Source of the DNA: an uncultured Candidatus Micrarchaeota archaeon
Lineage (GTDB): Archaea; Micrarchaeota; Micrarchaeia; Anstonellales; Bilamarchaeaceae
Length of the DNA: 64,000 bases
Assembly: GCA_963791815.1 (NCBI GenBank)
Contig: CAWBTT010000002.1
Coordinates: 346,727-410,726 of the forward strand
Reading direction: 5' to 3'
The stretch's first letter is position 1, and each line of letters starts with the position of its first letter. Positions 25,572 to 35,246 of this stretch are shown piece by piece. A program made the position numbers and the translations under genes. The notes under the pieces are model-generated. The model ran no database searches. It worked only from the letters and a program-made list of their open reading frames with translations, and was not told the origin of the DNA.

Positions 25572-27302
25572 TTGAAACCCATGCTTCTATTTGCGGATGT
25601 GGCAGAGGTCTTTGACAAGCTTGAGAAGCGCAGCGGCAGGCTTGAGATGACAGATATCCTCGCCGGGCTTTTCAACAAGACTGGAACGCAAGAAATTGAC
25701 AAACTCGCCTATTTCATCCAGGGGATAATGCTCCCGCCATATATGGACGTTGACCTGGGGCTTGGGGAGAAATTCGCAATTGAAGCAATCGCAGCATCAT
25801 CAGGCTATTCAAAAACAAAGGTCGAGTCAGATTACAAGAAAAGCGGGGACCTTGGTGACACTGCAGAGAAACTCCTTGAAAAAAGAAAGCAGACTGCGCT
25901 TCTTACAAGCGACATGGACATCACATATGTCTATGATGTCATGATGAAGATTTCCACTTCATCTGGGCAGGGAAGCCAGGAGCAGAAAATCAAGTACTTG
26001 ACCGAGCTGCTGAACAACGCTTCTCCGGTTGAGGCCAGGTTTCTTGTTAGATTCGTTCTTGGGAAACTAAGGCTTGGGGTCGGGGATCCGACCATTCTCG
26101 ACTCATTGTCTGTTTCAAGAACAGGTAATAAGTCCCTTAGAGAGGAAGTTGAGCGCGCATACAATGTATGTGCTGATATGGGGCTTGTTGCAAAAATTTT
26201 CTATGAGAAACCAGAGAGCATCAAAAAATTTCATGTGCAGCCATTCAAGCCTTTGATGCCGGCACTCGCCGAGAGGCTCAGCACCCCAAATGCCATTATA
26301 GAGAAAATCGGCAAGTGCGGAGTTGAGATGAAATATGATGGCTTCAGGCTCCAATGCCACAAGAAAGGGGACAAAGTCGAACTCTACTCAAGGAAGCTGG
26401 AGAGGATGACCCATATGTTCCCGGATGTTGTAGAGGCAGTTCGGAACCTGAAAAACGATGAGATGATTTTCGAAGGGGAGGCCCTTGCATACAACACCAA
26501 AAAGAAGAGATATTTCTCATTCCAGCAGACCATGCACAGAAGAAGAAAGCATGGGATTGCAGAAGCATCCAAGGAATTCCCTCTCAACGTTTTCGTCTTT
26601 GACATCCTTTACTTGGACGGAAAGGATTTGACCAATGAGCCATACAAGGAAAGGAGAAATATCGTCAAGAAACTCTTCAAGAACAAGATACTGAAGCCAT
26701 CTAAAAGCAGGGTTGTGGCCAGTTCAAAAACGCTTGAGAAGATGTTCAAGAGTTCAATATCAAAGGGGCTTGAAGGAATAATGGCAAAGGATTTGAATTC
26801 GCCATACACTGCAGGAAAAAGGAAATTCGCCTGGATTAAGCTCAAGAAATCATATGGAAAAACAGTGGATACAATTGACGGTGTCATTGTAGGTTACTAC
26901 CTTGGCCATGGGGCAAGGGCGGAGTTTGACTTCGGTGGGGTCCTTATGGCTGTTTACAATTCTGATACTGGCATGCTTGAGACTGTTGCCAAGGTGGCCA
27001 CAGGGTTCACTGAAGAGGAAATGGTGAACATTGGAAAGATGCTGGAGAAAATCAAGACAAAGAAACCCCCAAAGAATCTGGATTACAATATTGAAGTCGA
27101 TTTCTGGGTTGAGCCAAAATATGTTATTGAGGTTGCTTTTGACGAGATAACAGTCTCCCCGATGCACACTGCTGGCGGAAAGGGCAAGGGATACGCGTTG
27201 AGATTCCCGCGCATTGTCAGGATGCGGGACGATAAAGGAGCAAATGAGATAACAACCAGCCATGAAATAGAGCAGATGTACCACATCCAGACTGCGCGAT
27301 AG
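25572..27302 (+). CDS. lig: ATP-dependent DNA ligase
   Basis: 576 aa. Adenylation motif I EMKYDGFR, motifs EGIMAK and WIKLK. A likely ATG start at 25581. Confidence 0.95.
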   Translation: MKPMLLFADVAEVFDKLEKRSGRLEMTDILAGLFNKTGTQEIDKLAYFIQGIMLPPYMDVDLGLGEKFAIEAIAASSGYSKTKVESDYKKSGDLGDTAEKLLEKRKQTALLTSDMDITYVYDVMMKISTSSGQGSQEQKIKYLTELLNNASPVEARFLVRFVLGKLRLGVGDPTILDSLSVSRTGNKSLREEVERAYNVCADMGLVAKIFYEKPESIKKFHVQPFKPLMPALAERLSTPNAIIEKIGKCGVEMKYDGFRLQCHKKGDKVELYSRKLERMTHMFPDVVEAVRNLKNDEMIFEGEALAYNTKKKRYFSFQQTMHRRRKHGIAEASKEFPLNVFVFDILYLDGKDLTNEPYKERRNIVKKLFKNKILKPSKSRVVASSKTLEKMFKSSISKGLEGIMAKDLNSPYTAGKRKFAWIKLKKSYGKTVDTIDGVIVGYYLGHGARAEFDFGGVLMAVYNSDTGMLETVAKVATGFTEEEMVNIGKMLEKIKTKKPPKNLDYNIEVDFWVEPKYVIEVAFDEITVSPMHTAGGKGKGYALRFPRIVRMRDDKGANEITTSHEIEQMYHIQTAR

Positions 27303-27339
27303 AGCGGGGTTTTTTAATCTGAAGAGAGTATCTGGTTCT

Positions 27340-28746
27340 ATGAAGGCAGACTACAAAAAAATCATTACAGGACATCTTGTTTGCTGTTTTGTTCACGAAG
27401 GCAAGAAGCCTCCGAAAGAGCTTGTTCCGCATAAAACAAATTTTGAAGGAAAGCAGGGGCAGACATATTGTTTTGACAATGGGAAAAGGCATGTCCTGGC
27501 AATCGGGCTTGGCAAGAAAGAGGATTTCCGGCCGGACAATTTCAGAAAGGCCGGGGGCCTTTGCGTGAAATACGCAGGAAAACTTAGGGAAAAGGAATTC
27601 TCAGTTTATCTTCCTGATGCTGATGAAAAAGCAGCACAGGTTGTTACCGAAGGTGCTTTGCTTGCAGCATATGCATTTGACGAACTGAAAGAGAAGGAGG
27701 ATGATTTCTCTGTTTCGCTTATGCACCTGGTTGCAAACAAAAACGTCTCAGCAGGCGTGAAAAAAGGCGAGATTTACGCTAATGCGCAGAACTATTCAAG
27801 AAGGCTCGATGAAACTCCGGCCAATATCGCAACCCCCTTGATGATTGCAAAGGAAGCGAAAAAACTTGCGAAGAAAAACGGTTTTGCAGCTACTGCATAT
27901 GATGAAAAAGCACTGGAAAAAATGGGAATGTGGTGCATACTCGCAGTTGCTCAGGGAAGTGCCCAGCCGCCTGCCCTAATCAAGCTTGAATATAACAAAG
28001 GAAAGAAGTATCCCCTCTACTGTATCGTTGGAAAGGGGATAACATTTGACAGCGGCGGAATCAGCCTCAAGCCCTCAAAAAATATGCATGAGATGAAATA
28101 TGATAAAAGCGGGGCAATGAACGTGCTCGGGATTTTCAAGGCAGTAACAGAGCTGAAACTCCCAATTCGATTGCTTGGCCTGATGCCTCTTGCTGAAAAT
28201 GCGCCTGGAGGATATGCGCAAAGACCAGGAGATATCATCCGGGCATATAATGGCAAGACGATTGAAGTCTTGAACACTGATGCTGAGGGAAGACTGATAC
28301 TGGCAGACGCGCTAAGCTATGCCGAGGAGGAGAAGCCGGAATTCATAATTGACATGGCAACACTTACCGGTGCCATGGTGGTCAGCCTTGGAAGGCACGC
28401 GATTGGAATGTTTACAGATGATGACAAACTTGCCAAGCTCCTTGATGACTCCGGAGTAGAGACTCATGAAAGGGTTTGGAGACTTCCGCTCTGGCCAGAA
28501 TACGGCGAGATGATGAAATCTGGGATTGCGGATTTGAAGAACATTTCTGAGACTCCAGAGGCTGGCTCAATAACAGCAGCAGCATTCCTAAAAGAATTTG
28601 TAGGAGATAGCAGGTGGGTGCACCTTGATATTGCCTCAGTGGAACTGGTTCGGTGGGACCATGCCTATTTGGGCAAGGGGGCAACCGCAATGGGAGTCCG
28701 GCTCGTCACAAACGCGCTTGAGAGGACTGCAAATAAAAAAAGATAG
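27340..28746 (+). CDS. pepA: Leucyl aminopeptidase (M17 family)
   Basis: 468 aa. The NTDAEGRLILADAL signature and VGKGITFDSGGISLKP. Confidence 0.9.
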   Translation: MKADYKKIITGHLVCCFVHEGKKPPKELVPHKTNFEGKQGQTYCFDNGKRHVLAIGLGKKEDFRPDNFRKAGGLCVKYAGKLREKEFSVYLPDADEKAAQVVTEGALLAAYAFDELKEKEDDFSVSLMHLVANKNVSAGVKKGEIYANAQNYSRRLDETPANIATPLMIAKEAKKLAKKNGFAATAYDEKALEKMGMWCILAVAQGSAQPPALIKLEYNKGKKYPLYCIVGKGITFDSGGISLKPSKNMHEMKYDKSGAMNVLGIFKAVTELKLPIRLLGLMPLAENAPGGYAQRPGDIIRAYNGKTIEVLNTDAEGRLILADALSYAEEEKPEFIIDMATLTGAMVVSLGRHAIGMFTDDDKLAKLLDDSGVETHERVWRLPLWPEYGEMMKSGIADLKNISETPEAGSITAAAFLKEFVGDSRWVHLDIASVELVRWDHAYLGKGATAMGVRLVTNALERTANKKR

Positions 28747-28764
28747 TTACAATAGAAACATGAG

Positions 28765-29160
28765 GTGGAATCTTTGGACGGATATTTGTTTAGAGAATCG
28801 GCAATTGAATGGCTTAAAGAAAAGGAATTCGGACCACAAGAAATCGAAGAACTTCAGGACCTTATGAACTCAGTCGGAAAAAGCGGTGGCGAGACTTTTG
28901 TGAAACTGCCCAAAGACGCCAACATCAAGGTCTCTGCTATGGTATATCTTTTGAGTTCTATGTTGGATGACTCTGGAAACCAGCTCTGCTTTGAAGAGAA
29001 GGGATTCATGAACATCCCAACAGAAGCAAGAACCCAGTATGATGATGCTCTGAAGATTGAGGAGCTTGAGGGAACTATTAGCAGGCTTAGGAAAATCAAG
29101 GTGGGCAGGGCACACTCTTCACCAAAAAGAAGGGGAACCGGAAAAAACGAGAGATACTAG
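28765..29160 (+). CDS. Hypothetical protein
   Basis: 131-aa ORF with a GTG start after GAGGTG. No family recognised. Confidence 0.4.
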   Translation: MESLDGYLFRESAIEWLKEKEFGPQEIEELQDLMNSVGKSGGETFVKLPKDANIKVSAMVYLLSSMLDDSGNQLCFEEKGFMNIPTEARTQYDDALKIEELEGTISRLRKIKVGRAHSSPKRRGTGKNERY

Positions 29161-29429
29161 TATCTTACCCTGAAATCCCGAAACTCACTTTTGTTTTCTT
29201 CCCATTTTATTTCTGTTTTTGTTACCTGTGCACCAGCAGGACCGTGGGAAGACCATTCAAGCAGTTTCTCAAGAAGCTCTTTTTCTCCTTCAGCTATTAT
29301 CTCAACTGAGCCATTTGGAAGATTTCTTACGAATCCACTCAAACCTAGTTTAGTTGCTACGCTGAGGGTATTTGCTCGGAAAAAAACGCCCTGAACAGTG
29401 CCAGAGACGATGATGCATAGCCGATTCAT
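29157..29429 (-). CDS. acyP: Acylphosphatase
   Basis: The track ORF (29157..29561) overlaps the thermosome 3' end. The internal ATG at 29429 gives 90 aa: MNRLCIIVSGTVQGVFFRANT...GFVRNLPNGSVEI (acylphosphatase signatures). Confidence 0.8.
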   Translation of the reverse strand: MNRLCIIVSGTVQGVFFRANTLSVATKLGLSGFVRNLPNGSVEIIAEGEKELLEKLLEWSSHGPAGAQVTKTEIKWEENKSEFRDFRVRY

Positions 29430-29460
29430 AAAATAGAAATAGAAGAGAAAAAAGAAAAAA

Positions 29461-31113
29461 CTACATGTCCATTGGTGGCATACCCCCTGGAGGCATTCCG
29501 CCAGGTGGCATTCCGCCTCCGCCGCCTCGGGAACTGATGATATCATCAATCCTAAGGACAAGTCTAGCAGTCTCGGTTGCTGATGACATCGCCTGGCTTT
29601 TCACCTTTGCAGGTTCGTAAATGCCAAGCTTTGCAAGGTCTGAGACTTCACCAGCGAGCACGTTGACTCCGTAGGTCTTTCCGTCATCTCCCTGGTGCTT
29701 GTTCTTCAGGGTTACGATTGTGTCGATGACATCCATACCAGCGTTCTCTGCTAGTGCCTTTGGAATACTTTCAAGTGCATCAGCGAAAGCCTGGATTGCG
29801 AGCTGCTCTCTGCCTCCGATTTCAACTGCGTACTTGTTGAGTTCGCGGTTGATTTCCATCTCAACACTTCCTCCGCCGACGACATATCTTCCGTCTTCGA
29901 GGGCGCTTGCGACTGCACCTCTAGCGTCAACTACCGCGCGCTCAACTTCTGAAACAACGTGGTCTGTCCCTCCGCGGACAAAGATAGTGACTGATTTAGG
30001 ATCAACACATTTCTCAACGAAAACCATTGCCTCACCTCCAACCTTCCTCTCTTCAATGCTTCCTGCATTTCCAAGGTCAGAATCCTTGAGGTCATCCAAG
30101 CTTGATGCGACTGCGGCCTTTGTTGCCCTTGAAATCTTTTCCATGTCGCTCTTCTTGACTCTTCGAACTGCCATGATTCCCTTCTTTGCAAGGAAGTGCT
30201 GAACAAGGTCGTCGATGCCCTTCTGGCAGAACACCACGTTCGCGCCAGTTGCTGCAATCTTTTCGACCATGTCCTTCATCATCTTCTCTTCCTGCTCAAG
30301 GAACGCAGTCATCTTGTCAGGCGATGTGATTTCTATTTTAGCGTCTGTCTCAGTCTTCTCAATCTCAAGTGCTGAATCTAGGAGAAGAAGTTTTGCATCT
30401 GCCACTTTCTTAGGCATTCCGCTGTGAACTACTTCCTTATCGATTACAACGCCCTTGACAAGCTGAGTATCCATTACATGTCCGCCTGCCTTTTTCTCGA
30501 TTTTTATGAGGTCAAGGTCAACTGTGTATTTGCCCTCTGATTCCTCAGAAACCATCATTACAGCGTCTGAAATGATTGTTGCAATCTTTTCCTTTTCTGC
30601 GTCAGTTCCGATTCCTTTGGAACCCATTGCGATAAGGCCGATTTTCTGCAATATTACTTTGTCATCTGGTTTGACTGGCTCTGACACTGAAGTAAGAACT
30701 TCCTCTGCCCTGATTGATGCCAGTTCATACCCCTTGATAATCACTGTCGGGTGAATGCCCTGGTCAAGAAGTTCCCCTGCTTTCCGGAGAAGGTTTCCTG
30801 CGATAACAACTGATGTTGTTGTTCCGTCGCCGACTTCCTTATCCTGTGTCTTTGCTATTTCCACCATCAGCTTTGCAGCCGGGTGATCCACGTTCATCTC
30901 CTCGAGAATGGTGGCTCCGTCATTTGTGATTACGATGTCTCCAAGGTCGGAAACAAGCATTTTGTCCATTCCTTTGGGTCCAAGCGTAGTCTTCACGATG
31001 TTGGCCACTGCATAGCCGATTGCGATGTTAATCCGCATAGCGTCCCTTCCCAGAACCCTCTGGGATCCTTCCGGTAGAACAACCATTTGTTCTCCACTTA
31101 CTTGTTTGCTCAT
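29461..31113 (-). CDS. ths: Thermosome subunit (group II chaperonin)
   Basis: 550 aa. [25 protein letters not shown] motifs and a [18 protein letters not shown] tail. GAGGTG lies upstream of the ATG. Confidence 0.97.
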   Translation of the reverse strand: MSKQVSGEQMVVLPEGSQRVLGRDAMRINIAIGYAVANIVKTTLGPKGMDKMLVSDLGDIVITNDGATILEEMNVDHPAAKLMVEIAKTQDKEVGDGTTTSVVIAGNLLRKAGELLDQGIHPTVIIKGYELASIRAEEVLTSVSEPVKPDDKVILQKIGLIAMGSKGIGTDAEKEKIATIISDAVMMVSEESEGKYTVDLDLIKIEKKAGGHVMDTQLVKGVVIDKEVVHSGMPKKVADAKLLLLDSALEIEKTETDAKIEITSPDKMTAFLEQEEKMMKDMVEKIAATGANVVFCQKGIDDLVQHFLAKKGIMAVRRVKKSDMEKISRATKAAVASSLDDLKDSDLGNAGSIEERKVGGEAMVFVEKCVDPKSVTIFVRGGTDHVVSEVERAVVDARGAVASALEDGRYVVGGGSVEMEINRELNKYAVEIGGREQLAIQAFADALESIPKALAENAGMDVIDTIVTLKNKHQGDDGKTYGVNVLAGEVSDLAKLGIYEPAKVKSQAMSSATETARLVLRIDDIISSRGGGGGMPPGGMPPGGMPPMDM

Positions 31114-31140
31114 TTTTACACCTCAAAAGTTGAATATTCT

Positions 31141-31165
31141 GTCTAGGAGATTTTTCTCTCTAGAC
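31141..31165 (-). promoter_or_regulatory. Imperfect inverted repeat in thermosome leader/operator region
   Basis: GTCTAGGAGA-TTTT-TCTCTCTAGAC, 28-52 nt upstream of the thermosome ATG. It lies downstream of a TTTTTAAACA TATA-like box (minus strand, ~31196..31205). Confidence 0.4.
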
Positions 31166-31313
31166 TAATTAGTAGAATCTATTTTCATGGCCAAATGTTT
31201 AAAAACGTAGCGAAGATGGCCTATCGGACAATAGAAGGTAGCAGACCTGAGAATCTCAAGCCTCGCCACATCGTCATGGCCATCATCCTCGCCTGGCCCT
31301 ACCGGTAATTCGC

Positions 31314-32072
31314 TTAAGCCCTGGACTGCTTCCACAGGGTAGCAAAGAACTTCTTGAAGGAGTCGGCAGCTTCCTTGTTCCTCACCCTTATCACGATTGG
31401 CTTCTTGAGCAGCATAACAAACAGCACAGTGCCCTTGTAGAAATTTAGCTCAGTGAATGTGTCCTGATATAGATATCTCACCTTATGCTGCTTGCGTGTG
31501 TGGAAATATCCTGTCCTGGCAGTGTGGCCACGCACGTTCTCGTTGAATATGATATGGGTACTGTAGCCCTTTTTCTCCATCTCTCGATAATACTTGGAGA
31601 AAAAAATATCTGCCTGTTTCGAATCCAAACCCATGCTGGCTCCGAACACGTAGTTGCTATCTCCCTTTTTCAGGGATTTTGCTATGTCCCAGAATACAGT
31701 CTTCATGCCATCCCAGCCATAGAAGACTTCGACGTCCAGTTTTTCCTTTGTCTCTCCATAGCGCGCGAGCAGAGCCGGAAGCATTGAGTCAACGAGAGCA
31801 TTCTCCATCTTCAGCTCTTCCTCTTTTTTTTCTATGAAAACCTTCAGCATCTCCGGACTCGCTGCACTGAAGTGGAGCGCGCCTTGTTTCTTCACAACCG
31901 AAACCAAGCCCTTCTCCACCAGCCTGTTAGCGACATCGTAGATCTTCGAGGGTGAAATCCCAGATTTCTTGGCCAGCTTCGTCCTCGTGGTCTCGCCAAG
32001 CTCCAGCAAGGCGCCATATACCTTAATCTCGCCATCTGTGAGCCCGATTTTAGTGAGATCGCGGATGTTCAT
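31314..32072 (-). CDS. TrmB-family transcriptional regulator
   Basis: 252 aa. N-terminal wHTH LTDGEIKVYGALLELGETTRTKLAKKSGISPSKIYDVANRLVEKGLV, typical of TrmB. Confidence 0.8.
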   Translation of the reverse strand: MNIRDLTKIGLTDGEIKVYGALLELGETTRTKLAKKSGISPSKIYDVANRLVEKGLVSVVKKQGALHFSAASPEMLKVFIEKKEEELKMENALVDSMLPALLARYGETKEKLDVEVFYGWDGMKTVFWDIAKSLKKGDSNYVFGASMGLDSKQADIFFSKYYREMEKKGYSTHIIFNENVRGHTARTGYFHTRKQHKVRYLYQDTFTELNFYKGTVLFVMLLKKPIVIRVRNKEAADSFKKFFATLWKQSRA

Positions 32073-32113
32073 GGTAGTCTCACCACGCCGTTACATATAA
32101 GTCTTTGTATAGT

Positions 32114-32130
32114 TGTCCCCTATAGGGACA
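32114..32130. promoter_or_regulatory. Inverted repeat TGTCCC-N5-GGGACA in divergent intergenic region
   Basis: Perfect 6-bp arms with a CTATA spacer. A second perfect 10-bp palindrome, GCACATGTGC, sits at 32147..32156. Both lie between the TrmB-like gene and 32169..32897. Confidence 0.4.
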
Positions 32131-32168
32131 CTTGTTGTTATATACCGCACATGTGCAGTTATAATTAG

Positions 32169-32897
32169 GTGGTATATGTGACATTAAAAAACAACAAACC
32201 AAAGAGATTCAATAGATGCGTGGAAGCAGTGAAAAGCAAGGCAAAGAAAGCAAAGCTCGCACTAGCGCTGGCTGGAGCGCTGCTAGTTTGCGGCCCTATG
32301 AAAGCACAGGCTGAAGAAAGGCCTATGGAAAGGCCGCCAATATCCATGAAGATGGGCACGGCATATGACCATAAGCAGAAGGATTTCCGTGCGCTGGCGA
32401 TAATCGGCTCTGAGATTCCGCTACCCCTGCGCATGAAACTCGCAGGAAGCGTGGGCTTCGCAGGCTCTCTCACAACGCCCGGCCAGTTCAATGTGGAGAA
32501 GGCAAAGCTGAACCTTAACATACCTATAGCAGGACCTGTGTGGGTGGACCTCTATGGTCATAATTCCAGGCACTTCGCCGTACAAGAGTTCGCGGTTGGC
32601 GGAGATGTTGGTCTCGGCCTGCCTTTCGGGGCCGCGATAGTCGGTTTCGAACATATATTAGATGGGGGTCAGCGTCCATTGTACGGAGTGCTTGTGCTAG
32701 AGGCGATAAAGAGGAGGCTGAACCTGTCGCTCAGCGGAGGCTGGGTCACCAACATGGATGCTGGCACATTAGGCGCTGGCGTGAAGGTCATGCCTGGGGA
32801 AGGACTCCCGGCGATAAGTGTGCACACCATTGCGATATTCAACCGAGAGATGCTGCTCTTCTCTGATACGCGGGCGATGCTGGAATTCGAATTCTAG
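32169..32897 (+). CDS. Secreted protein with beta-barrel-OMP-like sequence pattern
   Basis: 242 aa. Sec-type signal KKAKLALALAGALLVCGPMKAQA/EE (the real start may be the GTG near 32229). Then ~8-10 alternating hydrophobic/polar strands, Gly-rich turns, and a C-terminal ...RAMLEFEF ending in Phe. Confidence 0.55.
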   Translation: MVYVTLKNNKPKRFNRCVEAVKSKAKKAKLALALAGALLVCGPMKAQAEERPMERPPISMKMGTAYDHKQKDFRALAIIGSEIPLPLRMKLAGSVGFAGSLTTPGQFNVEKAKLNLNIPIAGPVWVDLYGHNSRHFAVQEFAVGGDVGLGLPFGAAIVGFEHILDGGQRPLYGVLVLEAIKRRLNLSLSGGWVTNMDAGTLGAGVKVMPGEGLPAISVHTIAIFNREMLLFSDTRAMLEFEF

Positions 32898-32900
32898 CCT

Positions 32901-32914
32901 TTTTTTCTTTTTTC
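32901..32914 (+). terminator. Oligo-T archaeal terminator
   Basis: TTTTTTTCTTTTTT, 4 nt after the stop of 32169..32897. Confidence 0.5.
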
Positions 32915-33078
32915 CCTTCAGCATCGATCCAGTCCAATGAATTCTCAAAATGTGCGATTCTAAGGATTCGGGCGAGCGCAGATTGTGTTCGAGAAGGCAG
33001 ACATAAGATTTGGGACCTTCATCAGCTGGTGAGAAAGCAATAAAAGAGCATATAGACAAGTTCACAAGTGAGTTGAAA

Positions 33079-34401
33079 ATGGATTTAGGAAAAAAACTGC
33101 GCCAGGCATTGTCAAAGCTTACTAACAGGCCTTACGTTGATAAGGCAGACGTAAAGGCATTGATAAAGGATTTGCAGCGCGTTTTGATTTCATCTGATGT
33201 TAATGTTAAACTCGTTTTGCAGCTCTCAAAAAAGATTGAGGAAAGAGCCCTTAAATCAGAAAAAATGGAGGCTCTCTCGCTCAAGGAACACGTAACCAAG
33301 ATAGTGTATGAGGAATTGGTTGCTCTGATGGGAGAAACTTACCAGCCAAGGCTGGATAAGCACAAGATACTTATCTGCGGACTTTACGGCTCTGGTAAAA
33401 CAACGAGCTGTGCCAAGCTTGCGCATTTCTACAAGAGCAAGGGGCTCAGTGTTGGTTTGGTCGCTGCGGATACTGACAGGCCAGCTGCGCAGGAGCAGCT
33501 TGAGCAGTTATCAAAACAGGTTGGCGCAGCATACTATACAATAAAGGAGGAAAAGAACCCATCAAAGATTGTCAAGGATGCGCTTTCCAAAGCAAAGGAA
33601 GATGTGATTATAGTCGACTCTGCCGGACGAAACGCTTTTGATGGGGCCCTTGTTGATGAACTTCAGGGAGTTGCAGACGAACTCAAACCAGATGAAAATT
33701 ATCTTGTCATGAGCGCTGATATTGGCCAGGTTGCTGGAAAGCAGGCTGAAGAGTTCAATGGAGCAGTTCCTTTGTCAGGAGTGATAGTGACCAAGATGGA
33801 CGGCTCTGGAAAAGGAGGCGGGGCCCTCAGTTCGGTCGGCGCTTCTGAATCAAAAATCGCATTTATTGGTGTTGGAGAAAAAGTTGGGGATTTTGAGATT
33901 TACAACTCAGAGAAATTCGTAGGCAAGCTCCTTGGAGTTCCTGATATTGGGGCCCTGATGGAAAAAATAAAAGAAATCTCAAAGGAAACAGATGTTTCGA
34001 AAATCCAGACTGAGGAACTTACAATTGAATCATTCTATGAGCAGTTGAAGGCTGCCAAAAAGCTTGGGCCTTTGGGAAATGTTTTCTCAATGCTCGGTGC
34101 TGCCGACGTTCCAAAAGAGATGGTCCAGCAGAGCGAGGAGAAGCTCAAAAAATTCGAATCAATGATTAACTCAATGTCAAAAGCTGAGAAAAAAGACGCT
34201 TCACTAATTAAGAAAACCCCTGGAAGGATTGAGAGGATTGCAAAGGGTTCAGGATGCACGGACAAGGAAGTTCGGGAATTCTTATCTCAGTTCGAGAAGA
34301 TGGAGAAGATGATGGGAATGTTCAAGAAGAACCGCGGCTTCAGGAAGAAAATGGAGAAGATGATGAAGGGCGGCGGACTTCCAGGCAGCGTGGGAATGTA
34401 A
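33079..34401 (+). CDS. srp54: Signal recognition particle protein SRP54
   Basis: GLYGSGKTT, DTDRPAA, TKMDGSGKGGGALS, and a Met-rich M domain (MEKMMGMFKK..MEKMMKG). The track ORF starts at 33010, but the ATG at 33079 (MDLGKKLRQALSKL) fits the family N-terminus. Confidence 0.95.
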   Translation: MDLGKKLRQALSKLTNRPYVDKADVKALIKDLQRVLISSDVNVKLVLQLSKKIEERALKSEKMEALSLKEHVTKIVYEELVALMGETYQPRLDKHKILICGLYGSGKTTSCAKLAHFYKSKGLSVGLVAADTDRPAAQEQLEQLSKQVGAAYYTIKEEKNPSKIVKDALSKAKEDVIIVDSAGRNAFDGALVDELQGVADELKPDENYLVMSADIGQVAGKQAEEFNGAVPLSGVIVTKMDGSGKGGGALSSVGASESKIAFIGVGEKVGDFEIYNSEKFVGKLLGVPDIGALMEKIKEISKETDVSKIQTEELTIESFYEQLKAAKKLGPLGNVFSMLGAADVPKEMVQQSEEKLKKFESMINSMSKAEKKDASLIKKTPGRIERIAKGSGCTDKEVREFLSQFEKMEKMMGMFKKNRGFRKKMEKMMKGGGLPGSVGM

Positions 34402-34495
34402 TTTTTCTCTCAGATGTAGCCCCTTTGGGGGAGACAGCCCCCTTATAATTGTTTGGTTATAAATAGTTAACCAATATGTATAAGGGGTAGATACT

Positions 34496-35227
34496 ATGCG
34501 TGCTAAAACAACAGTTGCTGCAACTCTGATTTGCCTGTCTATGGCAGGATGTTTCAAAGCGGGCCGAAAGTCACCGCTCGTTGAGAACAAGCCAAACACC
34601 ATGCTTGTGGAAAGATATAATGAAGACTTGGGTAAACGTTTGAATGACCTTCAGGGTGATCTTATGAAGGTTATGCAGCGAGAGAGCGATGCTAAGATGG
34701 AACTCAAGCGTTACAGCCTATTCGAGAAGAACTACTTGAGAAACCTAGAGGCGAAATGCGAAGGCGTTCATGAAAACAATCTTACCAACCTCCACGGAGA
34801 AGTAATGGAATGGAGGAAAAAAGTCATCGGTGAGGTGAACCAGGTCGCATTGGACATAACCAACCTGATAACATCCCTGCAGAGCGAGCAGCTCTCGATG
34901 GATACAACCGAGAATGAAGTGGGTCAGCCAATCATATCTGAAGAGAACCGTGGAATGGTCCTTTCGCTCATGCGCTTGTCGATAAACCTCAGAAATGAAG
35001 TTGTTGGGATGGATATGGGAATCGTTCCTGCACCTGAGTGTGCTAATGGTGAGGCCATGGCAGTCAAGACCATCCAGAAGGAGGAATCCAGTACCAAAGA
35101 CAATAAAGTCGAGGGACAAGTTCCTGAAGGGAGGTCTTTCAACATAGAACTGGAGCCTAAATTGACAAAGGATGAAACCCAGGCCGATGTCGACGTATAT
35201 GAAGATATATTCGATGAGCGTCGCTGA
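34496..35227 (+). CDS. Putative lipoprotein, coiled-coil
   Basis: 243 aa. Lipobox-like LICLSMAGC. The remainder is helical and acidic. Confidence 0.5.
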   Translation: MRAKTTVAATLICLSMAGCFKAGRKSPLVENKPNTMLVERYNEDLGKRLNDLQGDLMKVMQRESDAKMELKRYSLFEKNYLRNLEAKCEGVHENNLTNLHGEVMEWRKKVIGEVNQVALDITNLITSLQSEQLSMDTTENEVGQPIISEENRGMVLSLMRLSINLRNEVVGMDMGIVPAPECANGEAMAVKTIQKEESSTKDNKVEGQVPEGRSFNIELEPKLTKDETQADVDVYEDIFDERR

Positions 35228-35246
35228 GTACAACTCTAATCATATG

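Noticed and set aside
29430-29561. N-terminal 44-aa extension of the acylphosphatase ORF
   Set aside because: The extension overlaps the thermosome 3' coding end and translates to an implausible Phe/Cys-rich peptide. The family-typical start MNRLCIIVSG is at 29429.
31216-31308. Small ORF (30 aa, MAYRTIEGSRPENLKPRHIVMAIILAWPYR) or C/D-box sRNA in the thermosome upstream region
   Set aside because: There is no ribosome-binding site and the ORF is very short. ATGATGG and ATGACGA box-C-like strings on the minus strand are not paired with a correctly placed CUGA box D.
32165-32521. 118-aa minus-strand ORF in the TrmB/beta-barrel intergenic area
   Set aside because: It is antisense to the signal-peptide-bearing plus-strand ORF and has no start context.
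34402-34495. SRP (7S) RNA expected near srp54
   Set aside because: The gap is only 94 nt, AT-rich and lacks helix-8-type motifs. The structured RNA further downstream (35247..35457) folds as RNase P RNA, not SRP RNA.
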